From: Fibrobacterota bacterium
GTDB lineage: Bacteria > Fibrobacterota > Fibrobacteria > UBA5070
NCBI GenBank assembly: GCA_036771135.1
Contig: DAIPHW010000006.1
Span: 1-37,684 of the forward strand
Direction of reading: 5' to 3'
Length of the DNA stretch: 37,684 nucleotides
Part shown: positions 24,080 through 33,800 of the stretch, in pieces
Layout of the letters: the number at the start of each line of letters is the position of its first letter
How positions within the stretch are numbered: position 1 is the first letter of the stretch
Made by a program: the position numbers and the translations under genes
The notes under the pieces: generated by a model
Told to the model about the DNA's origin: nothing
What the model saw: only the letters and a program-made list of their open reading frames with translations
Database searches by the model: none

Positions 24080-26809
24080 TTATTTCTCCGGTCGTGCAAT
24101 GAACACACCGCGCGGGATCATTTTGCCAGCAGGCAGCATCGCCTGCCCGTTTTGGACCCGAACGTTCCCGAGCATGAGGTGCCCCTGAAGGTCATAGATC
24201 GCAATGTTTCCATCCTTCCCGGCGAATTCCGAGGAAAGGGAGATCTGGCTTCCGGTGGACAGCACCGTAGAGCTGCCGGTCCGATTTCCTGTCGTGAGCG
24301 CTGGATCCTGGCGCTTCACTCCCGTAGCGATCGACGGCAGCTTGGCGAGCGAATGGTATTCAACTGGCGAAAGCGAGTATCCCTGCGGCGCGTCACCCCC
24401 CTGGGTGACCAAGACGATGGTATTGTTCGCCTGAAGCCAGCATTCCGGAACGAATAGCGGCGGCTGCTTCGTGAGCTGACGGCCAAGGCAATGGCCGTTG
24501 ATCCAGACCACGCCTTGGGAACCGCTGCTCACGTTGGCATTCAATGCCCAAGTCTGCAGCGCATTTGCTGGCGGAGTGTAGGCAAAGTCCATCCGCCACA
24601 GGCGAGGCACGTTGTTCGTGGGAGCCGCTCCTGCGGACCAGGCCTTGGCCAGGAGCGCACTCCACGAGTCCGCCGAGATGGTCCCCATCATGGGTGATTC
24701 GTCGACACCCTCGAAGCCACCGCGGAATTTCCAAGGACCAGTCGACGCGTTGTTGATGGTGACTCCGGCCAGAATTCCCGACTTGATGGCGTCGGGGGGC
24801 GTGAAATCCAGGGTGTTGTATTCCTTGTCGCGCTCAGCGGCACTGACCAAAATTGCGATGCTGTTGGCGCCCTGCTTGAGGGAGATCGACTGACTGGTGC
24901 TGGTTCCAGCGAAGCTTCCATTGACGAAGATGAAAGCGCTTCCCTGAAGCTTGGGGATGGCCAGCGTCGCGGTACCGGCCGAAGACGCGGTGTAGGTGGT
25001 GCGGTACCAGCCGTAGCCGTTGGGCCAGCCATAGGAGACCATGTCCTGTGCCGTGGCCGTCTGCTTCCAAGCCGCATCGTCGTAGGACGCTCCAACCTCA
25101 GGAGACGAGATCCAGCTCCAGCCCGAAGCGAAGGATTTTGCGCTTGGCCCAGAGGTCGCGGCTTGAACGACAGGCAGCATTCCCGTACGCGAAAAGACGC
25201 AGGCCTTTCCGCCCGCAGCAGGAAACTGGAGGTTCTCAAATTCGTCGACGTAATCAGCACCGCTGACGATGCTGGAATCGGTGAACCAGGTTTTGTTCGA
25301 CATGTTGGCGTTCATGAGGAGCAGGTTGATGGTCTGCCCCGCCCCGTCGTCCAAGACCACTTCGTTCACGGTGTCGTTCGTCGGATAGGTGAAGCGCAGG
25401 GAGGCGCGCTTGGCCGCCGCATTCCAATTCCACGGTGCGCTAGGCACCGTCGCGGGGGCATTCTTGTAGACGAAGGCGATGTCGCCGGCAGTGTTGCCGG
25501 GAGTGGCATAGAGCACCAGGTAGTTCTTGGTGCCAAACGTCTTCCGCCCCAGAATGCCGGTCGCGGAATAGTCGAGGGTGACGTTGGAGGTGAGCGGTAC
25601 ATCGGCCAGAAAGTGAGCGCTGTTGCCGTCCTTTAGGGACCACGAACCTGTGGTGGGGACGGTGACGCCCTTGTTCTTCCAGGTGACCTGGAAGGTGGCA
25701 TCCCCTCCCGACACCATGGCGGCCTTGCCGGCGGCGCTGGTCTGCACATAGCTTGCAATCTTGCCCGGCAGGCCCGAAGCTTCGGAGGAACCGTTTGTCG
25801 ATGTGGCGAAGATCCCGTTGAACGAGCTTGCCAAATAGCCCGTTTGCTTGACGGAATACAAGGCCGATCGGATTTGTCCCAATTCACCGATGGGCGCTCC
25901 GTAGTCATAGCTGGTGATCCGCTGGTCGGGAGAAGAGGTGTAGCCGAAGTCCGTGCCGCCAATCGCCATGTAATGGCTGGTTCCACCGCTGCCGCAGCCC
26001 AGCATCTTCCAGGTCTGGTCATTGTAGGTGATCACGTCGCTGGCGGCAGAAGGGCCGTAGCGGCTAATCCATCCCGTCCACTGCTCGGTCATCAGCCCTT
26101 TGGTGGAAAAGTCCGGAAATGCCCCAGGATCGTAGGTGGTGCCGTTGAAAATGTTTGACCAGATGTACGGCACGACCAGACCGAGCGCATGAGCCTTGTC
26201 GACGAGATGCGACTGGTAAGCGCCGCCCGCGGGGTAGTATTCGTTTTCAAGCTGGACGACCGCAACCGAGCCGCCGCTAGTGATCTGATGCTTCGTGATG
26301 ATCGGGAAGATCCGACCGTAGAAGGTGTCCACAGCCGCCAAGTATGATGCGTTGGTCCCGCGAATCTTGATGTTGGGGACATCGGCAAGCCAAGGTGGAA
26401 ATCCGCCGAGATCCACTTCGGCGCAGATGTAGGGGCCAGCCCGCACGATGGCGTACATTCCCAGGGAGTCAATCAGAGAGAGCCAGGCATCGAGATCGAG
26501 GTTGTCTTCAAAATGCCACTGTCCCCGCACGGGTTCGTGGAGGTTCCAAGCCACGTAGGAGGTGACCGCATTGTACCCAGCCCTCTTCACGCGCATGAGA
26601 CGGTCGCGCCACAATTCCCTGGGTAAGCGCCAGTACTCCACATCACCAGAAAAGACCCATGTGGGCTTGCCTTTGACGGTGAGGCTCCGGTTGGAATAGG
26701 TGATGGTCGATGTCGCCGAAGACTGCTCGTGATACATCGAGGCCGATGCCACTCCGGCAAGGAATGTTATGGCGATCAGAACCGCGCTCGCCATGTTGTT
26801 TGCCTTCAT
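24080..26809 (-). CDS. GH35 beta-galactosidase with accessory beta-sandwich domains and a T9SS-type C-terminal domain
   Basis: ATG 26809 is preceded by GGGAGG. The signal peptide is MKANNMASAVLIAITFLAGVASA. SGDVEYWRLPRELWRDRLMRVKRAGYNAVTSYVAWNLHEP...YAIVRAGPYICAEVDLGGFPPWL...VVQLENEY are GH35 signatures, including the acid/base NEY. The tail is IAIYDLQGHLMLGNVRVQNGQAMLPAGKMIPRGVFIARPEK. Confidence 0.9.
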   Translation of the reverse strand: MKANNMASAVLIAITFLAGVASASMYHEQSSATSTITYSNRSLTVKGKPTWVFSGDVEYWRLPRELWRDRLMRVKRAGYNAVTSYVAWNLHEPVRGQWHFEDNLDLDAWLSLIDSLGMYAIVRAGPYICAEVDLGGFPPWLADVPNIKIRGTNASYLAAVDTFYGRIFPIITKHQITSGGSVAVVQLENEYYPAGGAYQSHLVDKAHALGLVVPYIWSNIFNGTTYDPGAFPDFSTKGLMTEQWTGWISRYGPSAASDVITYNDQTWKMLGCGSGGTSHYMAIGGTDFGYTSSPDQRITSYDYGAPIGELGQIRSALYSVKQTGYLASSFNGIFATSTNGSSEASGLPGKIASYVQTSAAGKAAMVSGGDATFQVTWKNKGVTVPTTGSWSLKDGNSAHFLADVPLTSNVTLDYSATGILGRKTFGTKNYLVLYATPGNTAGDIAFVYKNAPATVPSAPWNWNAAAKRASLRFTYPTNDTVNEVVLDDGAGQTINLLLMNANMSNKTWFTDSSIVSGADYVDEFENLQFPAAGGKACVFSRTGMLPVVQAATSGPSAKSFASGWSWISSPEVGASYDDAAWKQTATAQDMVSYGWPNGYGWYRTTYTASSAGTATLAIPKLQGSAFIFVNGSFAGTSTSQSISLKQGANSIAILVSAAERDKEYNTLDFTPPDAIKSGILAGVTINNASTGPWKFRGGFEGVDESPMMGTISADSWSALLAKAWSAGAAPTNNVPRLWRMDFAYTPPANALQTWALNANVSSGSQGVVWINGHCLGRQLTKQPPLFVPECWLQANNTIVLVTQGGDAPQGYSLSPVEYHSLAKLPSIATGVKRQDPALTTGNRTGSSTVLSTGSQISLSSEFAGKDGNIAIYDLQGHLMLGNVRVQNGQAMLPAGKMIPRGVFIARPEK

Positions 26810-27199
26810 TCTGACCTCCCTATTCATCAGAGAATTCACATTTCCCAGGAACATTTTCTGCCGTATTCCTATAAGAACTGACGAGGGAAAGTATACCGTG
26901 GCACGAAGTGTCCAAAGTCGCATTTCAGCGCGAGAGCCATGTTGTTTTTACAAAGGCATGTTCCCTCGCTGAAAAGTCTCTTCACAAGTCAAATGACCAA
27001 GGATCAAGGCTTCAGCGCCATCGAGAGCTGGGGCAGAAAGCCCCAAATTGCACATCTTGCCCCATTTGTCTTAAAAAATGGAAGGCCCGGTACGGATGCC
27101 GAAGTTCAGCAGCGTTCATGGCATAATCTTCGCGAGCCCCCAAACCTCAAAGAGGTTTGCACGCTAGCGCTCTCACGCCACACAGCGAATGTTGATCAC

Positions 27200-27424
27200 A
27201 TGGATTTCAGGAAGAACAGGAATTCAATGCGTTCATGGAGTTCTTTCAAATTTCAAGCACTCATTTTTTCAACAATCGCATTCGTTGCGATATGTGGAAT
27301 CTTGAAGTGCCCACGAGCCAAAGCCTATGTGTCGAATGCCATTCTATTCCTTGGTTCAGAAATTTCGGAACAAAGCGACAATTGCGATCTGTGTTCAGAT
27401 GATGAATACTTCGGGGAAAAGTGA
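27200..27424 (+). CDS. Possible orphan small membrane protein (weak)
   Basis: This is the internal ATG of ORF 26939..27424. It gives MDFRKNRNSMRSWSSFKFQALIFSTIAFVAICGILKC... with one hydrophobic helix and an acidic Cys-containing tail. Base composition is atypically low in GC, there is no clear RBS, and no family was recognised. Confidence 0.2.
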   Translation: MDFRKNRNSMRSWSSFKFQALIFSTIAFVAICGILKCPRAKAYVSNAILFLGSEISEQSDNCDLCSDDEYFGEK

Positions 27425-27499
27425 AGAGAACCGGACTGTATCACTAGAGGCTAGAAACAATCATACCGCATTTCTTTAGCAAATACGTATGCTTGGGCA

Positions 27500-28543
27500 A
27501 TGAATTCCCGCCGCTTTTCGTCCTTGCCAATCTGTGCCGTGCTGCTATTGATCTTCGCATTGTCCTCTTGGGCAGAGACGCCCCGGCGCCTCACTGTTGC
27601 CATCATGCCTCTGCAGGGACGCCTGGATGCTGAGGCTATGGACGTGCTCAGCTCGAATCTCGCTTCCGAAGTGCTGGCCACCGGGAAGGCGCGCGTGATG
27701 GAGCGCTCCCAGATGGAACAAATCCTGAAAGAGCAGGGGTTGGAGGAAAGCGGAGCTTGCGATCAAAGCGAATGCGCGGTGCGGATCGGCAAGCTGCTAA
27801 CCGTAGATCGCATCATACTAGGAACCGTCGGTCGTTTCGGCGGTGCGCAGACCTTGTCGCTGCGGCTAGTGGATGTGGGAAGCGGCGAAGTGGTCGCAAG
27901 CGTCTCCAAGAGTTGCCAGGGACCCGTCGAGGACATCCTCACACACCTGGTGCCGGCTGCTGCTCGTGAACTTTTCGGCGCTTCTGCGCCAGCGCCCACA
28001 CAGAAGCTTCCGCCACCACCAGACTATTCGGGAAAGAAAGGAACCTTGGTAGATCTGCGCGACGGGCGAAAGTATCCGTGGGTGCGGATCGGTGGGCGCG
28101 TCTGGATGGCACGCTCGCTTGCATGGGATACCTCCGGAAGCTTCTGCTACCAGGACAAGGCTTCCAACTGCAGCGCCTACGGAAAGCTCTATCCTTGGGA
28201 AACAGCCCATCTCGCCTGCCCCCGAGGATGGCGCCTACCTTCGCGAGAGGAACTCGATTCGCTTGCAGCCTACGCAGGGCCGGAACGCGCTGGAACCCGG
28301 CTCAAGGATTCGCGGGATTGGGACGGCGAGGACGACTTGGGATTCCGCGCGCTTCCTGGAGGACGCCGCTACGCCAACGGCGATTACGACGGCCTTGCCG
28401 GTGTCGCCAATTTCTGGTCGTCCACAACGGGGGATGACCAACATGCCTATGCAGCGACTCTATACAGCGGAAGCCCGCGCTTTCCGGTCTTTTCCGAAAG
28501 CCGGCAAGCAGCCTTCTCAGTGCGCTGCGTTCTAGATCCTTGA
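27500..28543 (+). CDS. Exported protein: CsgG/LpoB-like N-terminal domain plus Fibrobacter succinogenes major paralogous domain (TIGR02145-like)
   Basis: The signal peptide is MNSRRFSSLPICAVLLLIFALSSWA. The N-domain is RLTVAIMPLQG...MERSQMEQILKEQGLEESGACDQSECAVRIGKLLTVDRIILGTVGRFGG..LSLRLVDVGSGEVV. The C-domain is WMARSLAWDTSGSFCYQDKASNCSAYGKLYPWETAHLACPRGWRLPSREELDSL...FRALPGGRRYANGDYDGLAGVANFWSST...AFSVRCV. Confidence 0.85.
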   Translation: MNSRRFSSLPICAVLLLIFALSSWAETPRRLTVAIMPLQGRLDAEAMDVLSSNLASEVLATGKARVMERSQMEQILKEQGLEESGACDQSECAVRIGKLLTVDRIILGTVGRFGGAQTLSLRLVDVGSGEVVASVSKSCQGPVEDILTHLVPAAARELFGASAPAPTQKLPPPPDYSGKKGTLVDLRDGRKYPWVRIGGRVWMARSLAWDTSGSFCYQDKASNCSAYGKLYPWETAHLACPRGWRLPSREELDSLAAYAGPERAGTRLKDSRDWDGEDDLGFRALPGGRRYANGDYDGLAGVANFWSSTTGDDQHAYAATLYSGSPRFPVFSESRQAAFSVRCVLDP

Positions 28544-28730
28544 GGACGCTACGAAACGCCATTGAGCAGCGCAGGAGCACTCCTTTCGGATTCGTTCGTT
28601 TTGTCTCCATTGGATAGAGTTGCCAATTAGCGCTATGATGCGCTCATCATAAACCGGTTTCCAATCGGCTAAAGCAGGAATGGTCCCACGGGCCATCCAA
28701 AGCCAAAACGAGGAGCTCTTTCGTAGATGC

Positions 28731-28770
28731 AAAAAAGGCCAGAACCCTGGATATTTCTGGGATTCTGGCC
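28731..28770 (-). terminator. Intrinsic terminator of the tRNA-Ile/tRNA-Ala transcription unit
   Basis: On the minus strand the sequence reads GGCCAGAATCCCAG-AAATAT-CCAGGGTTCTGGCC followed by TTTTTT. The plus-strand arms are 28737-28750 and 28757-28770, and the plus-strand A6 is at 28731-28736. The stem is 8 bp plus 3-4 bp with one bulge. It lies 30 nt downstream of tRNA-Ala. Confidence 0.75.
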
Positions 28771-28800
28771 CTTACTGGATCCTACTGGACCCTTTACTGA

Positions 28801-28873
<73 letters not shown>

Positions 28874-28926
28874 GAATGCACTTACATACAAGAAAGAGTC
28901 AGATGCTTCTGACTCTTCTCTTGAAA

Positions 28927-29000
28927 TGGGTCCGGATGGACTCGAACCATCGACCTACGCCTTATCAGAGCGTCGCTCTAACCAGCTGAGCTACGAACCC
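28927..29000 (-). tRNA. tRNA-Ile (anticodon GAT)
   Basis: The reverse complement folds as GGGTTCG TA GCTC AGCTGGTTA GAGC G ACGCT CTGATAA GGCGT AGGTC GATGG TTCGAGT CCATC CGGACCC A. This is a full cloverleaf with anticodon GAT. CCA is not encoded. Confidence 0.95.
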
Positions 29001-29099
29001 GTCGAGGAGAAGGAAAGTAACCCAAAACCCAAACGGTTTCAAGGGATGATGTGCAAGGACTCAAACAGAAATGAAACCTTTGCGACGACAACTCCCCAC

Positions 29100-29744
29100 C
29101 TATGCCTCCAGCAAGGCATCCAACGCCCGCAAATCGGCGTTCGTGAGGACCTCAAGGTGGGCGCGCACGTTCTCGGGCTCCCAATTCCACCAGGCAAGCT
29201 TCTGGAGTTTGGCGATCACCTCCTGCGGAAAGCGGCGCTTCACTTCGCGGGCAGGGCTTCCCGCCACCACGGCGTAAGGGGCGACGTCGCGGGTCACGAT
29301 GGCACGGCTGCCGATGCGGGCCCCGTCGCCGATGGTGACACCGGCCATGACCAGCGCCTGGTAGCCGATCCACACGTCGTTTCCGATCACGATGTCTCCC
29401 TTGTTGTCCCATCCGGACTGGACCGGAAGCTCATGCTCGAAGAGCTCGGGGAAGATGGCGAAGGGAAAGTTCGCGAAGGCGGCAGACTTGTGGTTTCCCC
29501 CATTGAAGAGGAAGCTTGCCCCCGAAGCGATGGAACAGTAGCGCCCGATTTTTAGCCGGTCGTGGTTCACGTACGGGTAATGGTAGAGGACGTTCTTGCG
29601 CTCGAAGGCGCGCGCGTCCTCGAAGTCGTGGTAGTAGGTGAAGTCTCCCACTTCGATGAAGGGCGAAGTGACGACATTCTTCAAGAGCACCGTCAGCTCA
29701 TCCCCAGAGCGGGGAAAGGCGATGCTTGGATCAAAGGATTTCAT
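29100..29744 (-). CDS. Vat-family xenobiotic (streptogramin A-type) O-acetyltransferase, hexapeptide-repeat protein
   Basis: ATG 29744 gives 214 aa. FIEVGDFTYYHDFEDARAFERKNVLYHYPYVNHDRLKIGRYCSIASGASFLFNGGNHKS...GDIVIGNDVWIGYQALVMAGVTIGDGARIGSRAIVTRDVAPYAVVAGSPAREVKRRF...LAWWNW is collinear with VatD/VatA (..YSYYDS..ILYHYP..DKLKIGKFCSI..NGANH..GNDVWIG..IGDGAIV..GNPA..KQRF..KWWNW). Confidence 0.9.
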   Translation of the reverse strand: MKSFDPSIAFPRSGDELTVLLKNVVTSPFIEVGDFTYYHDFEDARAFERKNVLYHYPYVNHDRLKIGRYCSIASGASFLFNGGNHKSAAFANFPFAIFPELFEHELPVQSGWDNKGDIVIGNDVWIGYQALVMAGVTIGDGARIGSRAIVTRDVAPYAVVAGSPAREVKRRFPQEVIAKLQKLAWWNWEPENVRAHLEVLTNADLRALDALLEA

Positions 29745-29942
29745 GGAATCTCTTTCGTTGCCGCGATTGCCAATTTCTGACAAAAGTGATGAATATGAAC
29801 GTTTCAGCGTGGATGCCAAGGTCGCATCACACACCGGACGCACTTCACATACTTTGTCTCTTGGGCAAGATCGTCACGCATGAGTTCGCTCCTTCGAGAC
29901 GCGAAAATCAAGAAATCGGCACAGGCCCCTGCTGCCTAACTT

Positions 29943-30581
29943 TTGGCAATGACGGACACCTCCACACCCGAGCCTCTTGACGCCGGCATCTTCTCGCGCT
30001 GGCTCGAAGGCTTCCTCGCCTCCCTGCCCGACGGAGAAAACGACGTCCCCTGCGGGGACTGCATCGGCTGCTGCTGCTCCTCGTACTTCATCCACGTCAC
30101 TCCCGAGGACAAGGCCGCCCGCGCAGCCATCCCCAAGAAGCTTCTCTTCAAGGCGCCCGGGCTCCCGCGCGGGAACCACCTCATGGACCACGACGAGAAG
30201 GGGTACTGCCCCATGCTGCACGAAGGCGCGTGCACGATCTACGAGGCCCGCCCCGGCACCTGCCGCCGCTACGACTGCCGAATCTTCGCGGCCGCAGGCA
30301 TCACCGCCGGCGGCGAGGAGGCTCGCGTCATCAACGAGCGGGTGCAGCGCTGGAGCTTTGCACTCCCCACGCCCCGCGACCGTGCCCTGCTCTCGGCGGT
30401 GCGCAAGGCCGCTGCCTTCCTGGAAGAGCACCCCGACGCCTTTCCCGGAGGACGCGTTCCGCTCCAGCCCAGCCAGCGCGCCCTGGTCGCCGTGAAAGCG
30501 CACGAAATCTTCCTGGAGGACGCGGAGGCCGGACGCTCCCCGCAGGAGATCGCCCGCGACATGATGGCAAGAAGCGCCTAA
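29943..30581 (+). CDS. YkgJ-family (CxxCxxCC, UPF0153) zinc/iron-sulfur cluster protein
   Basis: VPCGDCIGCCCSSYF is the N-terminal CxxCxxCC motif. GYCPMLHEGACTIYEARPGTCRRYDC is the second Cys cluster typical of PF03692. Confidence 0.8.
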   Translation: MAMTDTSTPEPLDAGIFSRWLEGFLASLPDGENDVPCGDCIGCCCSSYFIHVTPEDKAARAAIPKKLLFKAPGLPRGNHLMDHDEKGYCPMLHEGACTIYEARPGTCRRYDCRIFAAAGITAGGEEARVINERVQRWSFALPTPRDRALLSAVRKAAAFLEEHPDAFPGGRVPLQPSQRALVAVKAHEIFLEDAEAGRSPQEIARDMMARSA

Positions 30582-30842
30582 GGGAGGGACGCCTTTTCGA
30601 GGTTTGACAGGATCCGACGCAAGGCCGCCCCAACTTAGGTCGTGCAACATGCTTGCTCAAAAGCCCGTCCATTCTTGATGAAATCCGGTTTTGGCTTTGC
30701 AAAAGCGCAGAAACCGGCTCTGCGAAGATCTGACACGACTTCCGGCAAACAGGCAAGCGCCTTACGCCCCTAAGCTCCTCAATGGGCCTTGGCGTTTCTG
30801 GAAACTCCTTCCGGGATCGACCACCCCCCAAAGGAGCACCAC

Positions 30843-33800
30843 ATGCACTGGCAAAGACTTTCCGTCCTTGCTGCCGCCTTTGCCCTCGGAATGGCAGGCT
30901 GCATCCTCAAGCCCATCCCGCAGCCGGATGTTCCGGCCAGCAGCGTTCCCGGGCACCAGCCCACCGCCAAGGAAAGCGGACTGCACGAGGGAGCCTACCC
31001 CGTCTACACCTTCTACGACGAAGATTTCCAACAGGGCGGCTTCACCTATGTCTACGGAGGCTCCACCAAGATCTCCCAGCAGGAAGACGAAGGACACGGA
31101 GCCTTGGGGTCCGACTATTTCCTCCATTACGACCTCGATCCGCGGGACTATTCCGGTGCCGCCGTGTGCCTGTGGAACCAATCCTTCGACCTCACCCCTT
31201 ACCTCAAGAGCGGTGCCGTGGTCTTCCAGGCCCGCGGTCTCCGTGGCGGCGAAAAGATCAAGATCGGCCTCGTGGACGACGAAAAGTCCGATGGCTGGAA
31301 GACGGTGGTGCGCGTCGACCTTTCGCCCAAGTACGGGGTGATCAAGAAGGGCGAGTGGACCACCTTCATGATCCCGCTGCGCGATTTCGGCAAGCGCGGC
31401 GTGGCCTGGGATGCTGCTCGCGGCGTCGAGATGGGCCAGCCGTTCCAATGGGACCTGGTGCAGGAGTTCCGCGTCCTCACCAACAAGGGCGACAATCCCG
31501 AAGGGAAGGTGGACATCGACAACGTCCAGGTCTGGGCCGACGCCTTCGATCCAAGCACCATGCCGGTCTCGGAGGACTGGCTGGACATGGACCACAGCTC
31601 GGACGCGCCGACTCCGGAGCAGATGAAGCTCAAGGACGAGGTGGCAGGAGACTTCTTCCTCGAAGACATTCCCGCCTTCGCCTACGTGTACGGCGGCACC
31701 AAGACCGCCGTGAAGACCTTGGAGAGCACCACGCCGGGGAACCAGCAGGTGCTGGCCGCCTACCTGGACAACGAATACTCGGGCGTGTCGCTTTCCATCG
31801 GAAACACCAAGTACTTCGACCTGACGCCCTACCGCAAGACGGGCACGCTCACCTTCTGGGTCAAGGGAGGCAAGGCCTCGACCAAGTTCCTGGTGGGCCT
31901 CTTGGATCGCCAAGGCCCGGACATCAAGGTGCAGACCAAGGTCATCGCAAGCGACTATGTCGACGGCGTGATCGAGGAAGGCAAGTGGACCCAAGTGCGG
32001 GTGCCACTCAAGAAGTTCATTGACGACGGCTCCTACTGGGACGCCGACAAGGGCCACGAGGTCAGCCGCAAGATCGACTGGAGCAGAATCCAGGAAGTGC
32101 GCTTCTCGATCGCCCGCGACGAGAACAAGCCCGGCCCCGGCAAGCCGGTGGTCTTCTACTTCGACCAGGTGCAGCTCACCAAGACCGCCCTCGGCCTGCG
32201 CGACGACGACGCCTATTGGGACGCCTTCCGGTCCGAAGCCAAGGACATCACGCTCTTCGACTTCGACGGCAAGGGAAACGAGAACTGGCAGGCAAGCCAC
32301 GGCCCCACCGCCGATATCTCGCGAAGCTTCGTCCCGGCCGGCGGCAAGCTGAAGGGCAAAGCCATGAAGATCGACTTCAAGCCGGGCGACTACTACGACG
32401 TGCTCTACCAGATGGGACACGATCCTTCGATTGAGAAGGACTGGACCAAGCACTGGGGACTTTCCTTCTGGATGCGCACGGATAAGCCCTACCAGCAGGT
32501 GGACGTCGTCCTCCAGGACCGCGACCACGAGATGTTCCTCGCGACCGTCGGGGCGACCAAGGGCTGGAACCAGGTGGTCGTGCCGTTCCGCAGCTTCGCC
32601 AAGTACCCGTACTACCAGCCGCCCGAGGCCAAGCAGAACAACAAGCTCGACCTGGACGGCGTCTTCCAGATCTCCTTCAAACCTTCGGGCGACATCCCAG
32701 GCTCCATGATGGTTAAGGACATCGCCGTGACCAACCGCCGCGAGGTGCAGCGCACCAAGGGAGCGGCGGTGGAAAGCGCCCAGTTCACGGCCGATCTCGC
32801 CAAGGTGGTCAAGCCCATCGGCGACATCTACGGCATCAACGTGGGGCAGTGGACCCCGGAGATGCTGGACAAAACCTCGATCGCGCTGGAGACCCCGCTG
32901 CACCTGGGCACGGTCCGTTTTCCGGGCGGCCTGCGCAGCGACGAGATCCATTGGGAAGAGGTGCTCAAGGCCAAGGACTTCAACGTCGACACCGACGAAT
33001 TCCTGGACTGGTGCCTGAAGACGGGCTTCACGCCCATGTTCACGGCCAACGTCGGCTGCGGATCTCCCGAGGAGAGCGCCCGCTGGGTAGAGTACGTGAA
33101 CAAGAAGCGCAACGGCCCGAAAGTGAAGTTCTGGGAGATCGGCAACGAAATCTACGGCTCCTGGCACAAGTACTACGAACGCTGGGGCAAGGACGGCGGC
33201 GAAGCCTATGGCAAGATGGCCCGCGAGCACATCCTGGCCATGAAAAAGATCGATCCTTCGATCAAGGTCACGGTGGTCTGGCAGCTCACCGGAGAGTGGA
33301 ACCGGACGGTGATGAAGTACGTGGCCGATCTCGTCGACGGCGTGAACGTCCACCACTACGCCATGAAGACCGGCACAGAAAACGACCAAGCGCTGCTGGC
33401 CGTCTCGGGCGAGGCCGACAAGCTGATGGAGGACGTACGGGCTCAAGTCAAGAAGTACGGGGTGCCTGGCAAGCACTACGACATCTGGCTCACGGAGTGG
33501 AATTCGGTGGACTTCAATCCGGCGCCGCAGACAATTCTGGGCCACCTCAACGCCGTGTTTGTGGCCGACTACCTCGGCCACCTGGCGCAGAGCTCCTTGG
33601 ACAAAGCCAACCTCTGGGCCCTCTACAACGGCCGCGACAAGCGCATGGGCGACTACGGCATCCTCTCCAGCGGCGGCGATCCGCAAGGGCTCAACCAACG
33701 ACGCCCGACCTACTGGGCTATCGAAATGTTCTCACGCACCTTGACGGGGCATCTCCTCAAGGCCGCCACCGACAAGGAGGACCTGATGGGCTGGGCCGCG

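Noticed and set aside
26899-26914. Perfect sigma-54 -24 element TGGCACG on the plus strand in the AT-rich gap. This is of interest because rpoN and an enhancer-binding protein are both in the window.
   Set aside because: The -12 position reads GTCC instead of TTGC, so the near-invariant GC is missing. Only a doubtful orphan ORF lies downstream. A second look-alike, TGGCAC-N5-CTGGC at 16586-16601, puts the GC dinucleotide one nucleotide out of register. Neither is convincing without a scoring matrix.
26908-27126. 72-aa ORF with a CTSCPIC motif in the AT-rich gap.
   Set aside because: It has no RBS, it overlaps the equally doubtful 26939..27424 ORF in another frame, its composition is atypical and no family was recognised.
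28771-28800. Short direct repeats TACTGGA / TACTGGA / TACTGA just 3' of tRNA-Ala, considered as a possible att site of an integrated element.
   Set aside because: No integrase, excisionase or matching distal repeat is visible in the window. The repeats are only 6-7 nt, which fits chance.
30687-30719. Nested stem-loop CCGGTTTT..GCTTT-GCA-AAAGC..AGAAACCGG between the YkgJ-like gene and the GH lipoprotein gene.
   Set aside because: There is no U-tract, so it is not a clear terminator, and I recognise no riboswitch or leader motif in it. It is recorded only as a structure of unknown relevance.
30762-33698. 978-aa ORF on the minus strand, antisense to the CBM/GH lipoprotein gene.
   Set aside because: Its translation is low-complexity and rich in Arg, Gly, Ala and Val, with no recognisable motifs. 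The plus-strand frame has a lipobox, repeated CBM-like modules and GH catalytic motifs. It is a typical shadow ORF in GC3-rich DNA. The same reasoning applies to 19562..21277(-), 12626..13945(+), 22803..24029(+), 17584..18903(+), 5052..6374(-), 7690..8499(-) and 12048..12803(-).
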